Shown piece by piece: positions 36,292-38,410 of a stretch of DNA of 38,410 nt. This DNA is from Gemmobacter sp. Its GTDB lineage: Bacteria > Pseudomonadota > Alphaproteobacteria > Rhodobacterales > Rhodobacteraceae. Position 1 is the stretch's first letter, and each line of letters begins with the position of its first letter. The notes beneath the pieces were generated by a model. The model saw only the letters and a list, made by a program, of their open reading frames with translations. It was not told the origin of the DNA and made no database searches. The position numbers were made by a program, and so were the translations under genes. Location: positions 1-38,410 of the forward strand of contig JANMDH010000183.1 in NCBI GenBank assembly GCA_031376195.1, in the 5' to 3' direction.

Positions 36292-36603
36292 TCTGAGCGC
36301 CTGTCCCTACGCAAAAATCTGCCGCATGTTCCTGCGGTTGCCTGCCACTTCATCCCCAAGTGCCTCATGACTATGCCACAGCACGAATCACAACCCAAGC
36401 AAAGAATGGTGCCGACAGGTCCAGCGTACCCCGCATCGGCAAATTTTTGCTGAATCAGCCCGAAACGGGCAGGCCGTCATTGAAAGACACAGTTCGTTGC
36501 CAAAAAGTGACGCTTTTTCATCGCTTTGGCAGGCTTGTGATTGGACAGCCTTCGCCAAATCACCGAAGTTTAACAAAACGTGTGCCTGCGGCCCGAGGGA
36601 CAA

Positions 36604-38214
36604 ATGCTGAAATCGATATTTGGAACATCACTTTCCGGTCTGACATTTGGAATTCTGACCACCATCGCGACCCTTTCCAATCCCCATCCGACTACCGCGC
36701 AAGGCGTGTCCCCCTTCGTGCAAGCCTTGGCCGAAGCCGCATCCGGTGATGAGGCGATCGCGACTTTTTACCGCGACCGCAGCTATGATGCGATCTGGAC
36801 TGATGGCGATGACGCAGACCGCAGGCAGGTCTTTCTGACTGCCCTCAGCCATGCAGATGACCACGGATTGCCAGTTGCGCGCTATGCCGTGCCCGATCTG
36901 GTGCAGGCCTACCGCACCGCCCAAACCGAAGGCGACAGGGGTCGGCTTGAAGTGCGTATGACCCGGGCCTTCCTTGACTATTCGCGCGATATGCAATCAG
37001 GCGCGCTGGTGCCGTCAAAGGTCGACAGCGGCATCAAACGCGAAGTCCCCCTCCATGATCCGCGCAGCAATCTGAACCAGTTTCTTGCCGGGTCGCCGGG
37101 GGTGTTTCTGGCCGGACTTGCGCCGCAATCCGCGGAATATGCGCAACTGGTAAAGGCCAAACTGGGGCTGGAAGCACAACTGCACGCAGGCGGCTGGGGC
37201 CCCTCGGTCGACGCAGCGACACTCGGGCCCGGGCAATCCGGGGATGCGGTGGTGCAGTTGCGTGATCGGCTGATCGTCATGGGATACCTGACCGAAGCCT
37301 CGATGCGCGACTACGACACGCGGATCGAAAAGGCAGTGCAGCTCTTTCAACTCGATCACGGCCTCGCACCAGACGGTGAAGCGGACGCGGCGACGCTGGC
37401 CGAAATCAATGTGGGGCCGGAAAGCAGGCTTGCGTCGGTTCTGGTCGCGATGGAACGGCAGCGCTGGCTGAACATTCCGCGCGGCAAACGGCATATCTGG
37501 GTGAACCTGACGGATTTCACCGCAAAAATCGTTGACGACGGCAAGGTAACGTTTGTCACCCGGTCAGTCGTCGGCAAAGACGACCCCGACCGGCGCACAC
37601 CGGAATTTTCGGACATGATGGAACATATGGTGGTGAACCCGTCGTGGAGCGTGCCGCGATCCATCACCGTCAAGGAATACCTGCCGATGATGCAGCGCAA
37701 TCCCAATGCGGCCGGGCATTTGCAACTGCTGGATCGCAACGGGCGGGCGGTCAGCCGGGGTGCTGTGAACTTCGGCGCGTACACGGCGGCGAATTTTCCG
37801 TTTGCGATGCGGCAGGCCCCGTCGGACGGCAATGCGTTGGGTCTGGTGAAATTCATGTTCCCCAACCAGCACAACATCTATCTGCATGACACGCCCGCGA
37901 AATCTCTGTTTGACCACGAAGTGCGCGCCTATTCGCATGGCTGCATCCGCCTCGCCGACCCCTTTGCCTTTGCCTATGCCCTGCTCGCACGGCAGACTGA
38001 CGATCCTGTGAACCTGTTCCAATCCACATTGGCGACCGGGGCGGAAACACTGGTGAAACTGGACCAACCCGTGCCCGTGCATCTGGTCTATTTCACGGCC
38101 TTCCCGTCGGTGAAGGGGCGGATGAATTACCGCCGCGATGTATATGGGCGTGACGCGCTCATTCTGCAGGCGCTGATCGAGGCTGGGGTGGCATTGCCGG
38201 ACGTTCAGGGCTAA
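36604..38214 (+). CDS. YcbB/LdtD-type L,D-transpeptidase with peptidoglycan-binding domain
   Basis: PG-binding domain (VVQLRDRLIVMGYL...VQLFQLDHGLAPDGEADAATL). YkuD catalytic domain with YLHDTP....SHGCIRL. Start trimmed to ATG 36604 (MLKSIFGTSLSGLTFGIL signal/anchor). Confidence 0.85.
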   Translation: MLKSIFGTSLSGLTFGILTTIATLSNPHPTTAQGVSPFVQALAEAASGDEAIATFYRDRSYDAIWTDGDDADRRQVFLTALSHADDHGLPVARYAVPDLVQAYRTAQTEGDRGRLEVRMTRAFLDYSRDMQSGALVPSKVDSGIKREVPLHDPRSNLNQFLAGSPGVFLAGLAPQSAEYAQLVKAKLGLEAQLHAGGWGPSVDAATLGPGQSGDAVVQLRDRLIVMGYLTEASMRDYDTRIEKAVQLFQLDHGLAPDGEADAATLAEINVGPESRLASVLVAMERQRWLNIPRGKRHIWVNLTDFTAKIVDDGKVTFVTRSVVGKDDPDRRTPEFSDMMEHMVVNPSWSVPRSITVKEYLPMMQRNPNAAGHLQLLDRNGRAVSRGAVNFGAYTAANFPFAMRQAPSDGNALGLVKFMFPNQHNIYLHDTPAKSLFDHEVRAYSHGCIRLADPFAFAYALLARQTDDPVNLFQSTLATGAETLVKLDQPVPVHLVYFTAFPSVKGRMNYRRDVYGRDALILQALIEAGVALPDVQG

Positions 38215-38273
38215 CCTGCGGACCTGTGGGGCAGGGGTGTCATGCCGCTGTCCCGACGCAACAGGGTGAAGCC

Positions 38274-38410
38274 ATGTCTCATTCGATCCGCGACATCGCC
38301 GCCGCCCTGGGGGCCGAGGCCGCTGGCAATCTTGACCTGATCGTGACGGGGGCCGCCGAACCTGCCAAGGCCGGGGCGCACAGCCTCGCCCTTGCAATGG
38401 ACCCGAAATA
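38274..38410 (+). CDS. N-terminus of a UDP-3-O-acylglucosamine N-acyltransferase (LpxD)-like protein, truncated by the window end
   Basis: My own translation, MSHSIRDIAAALGAEAAGNLDLIVTGAAEPAKAGAHSLALAMDPK, parallels the E. coli LpxD N-terminus ([45 protein letters not shown]). Only 45 codons are visible. Confidence 0.5.
   Translation, partial: MSHSIRDIAAALGAEAAGNLDLIVTGAAEPAKAGAHSLALAMDPK

Noticed and set aside
1-38410. CRISPR arrays, IS elements or transposases, prophage genes, toxin-antitoxin pairs and known defence-system hallmarks.
   Set aside because: Nothing of the kind was seen by eye on either strand. The only tandem or periodic repeats are the 11-bp array at 4538-4581, the RTX nonapeptide-coding repeats and the Asn-codon run. 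The gaps between genes are short and accounted for by terminators or promoter spacers.

Overview
High-GC alphaproteobacterial (Rhodobacterales-like) chromosomal segment, densely packed with housekeeping genes in well-known syntenies. I see no CRISPR array, IS element, integrase, or nuclease/helicase-type defence gene, and I cannot point to a convincing multi-gene novel system. Left to right the window holds: the 3' end of pstA, then pstB-phoU-phoB; an orphan RTX-type Ca-binding protein; a nucleoside hydrolase; an orphan Fe(3+)-type binding protein; mazG; an M20 amidohydrolase coupled to a small Cys-rich exported protein; an agmatinase-family gene coupled to DUF1499; prfA-prmC; DUF4167; the minus-strand array lptF-lptG-lptD-surA-pdxA-rsmA, divergent from pepA-holC; ridA; a strongly low-GC orphan sulfotransferase-like gene abutting tRNA-Gly(CCC); a frameshifted VWA exported protein; an ECF sigma / RskA-like anti-sigma / fasciclin module; a one-carbon/corrinoid cluster (PF13769-like small protein, metF-like, methyl-THF pterin-binding methyltransferase, small unknown ORF, 2Fe-2S/ASKHA RamA/RACo-like activase); ppx/gppA-rlmE; a DUF882 (MepK-like) / YcbB-type L,D-transpeptidase pair; and the start of an lpxD-like gene. 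The features most worth a second look are these. (1) The low-GC tRNA-flanking islet. (2) Four exactly 11-bp-phased Pho-box-like repeats in a convergent intergenic spacer 1.7 kb from phoB. (3) A perfect 13-bp-arm AT-rich palindrome inside the corrinoid cluster. (4) A corrinoid cluster with no corrinoid-binding or acceptor module, but with two small unknown proteins. (5) The frameshift in the VWA gene. All functional calls come from motif recognition by eye, with no database search.
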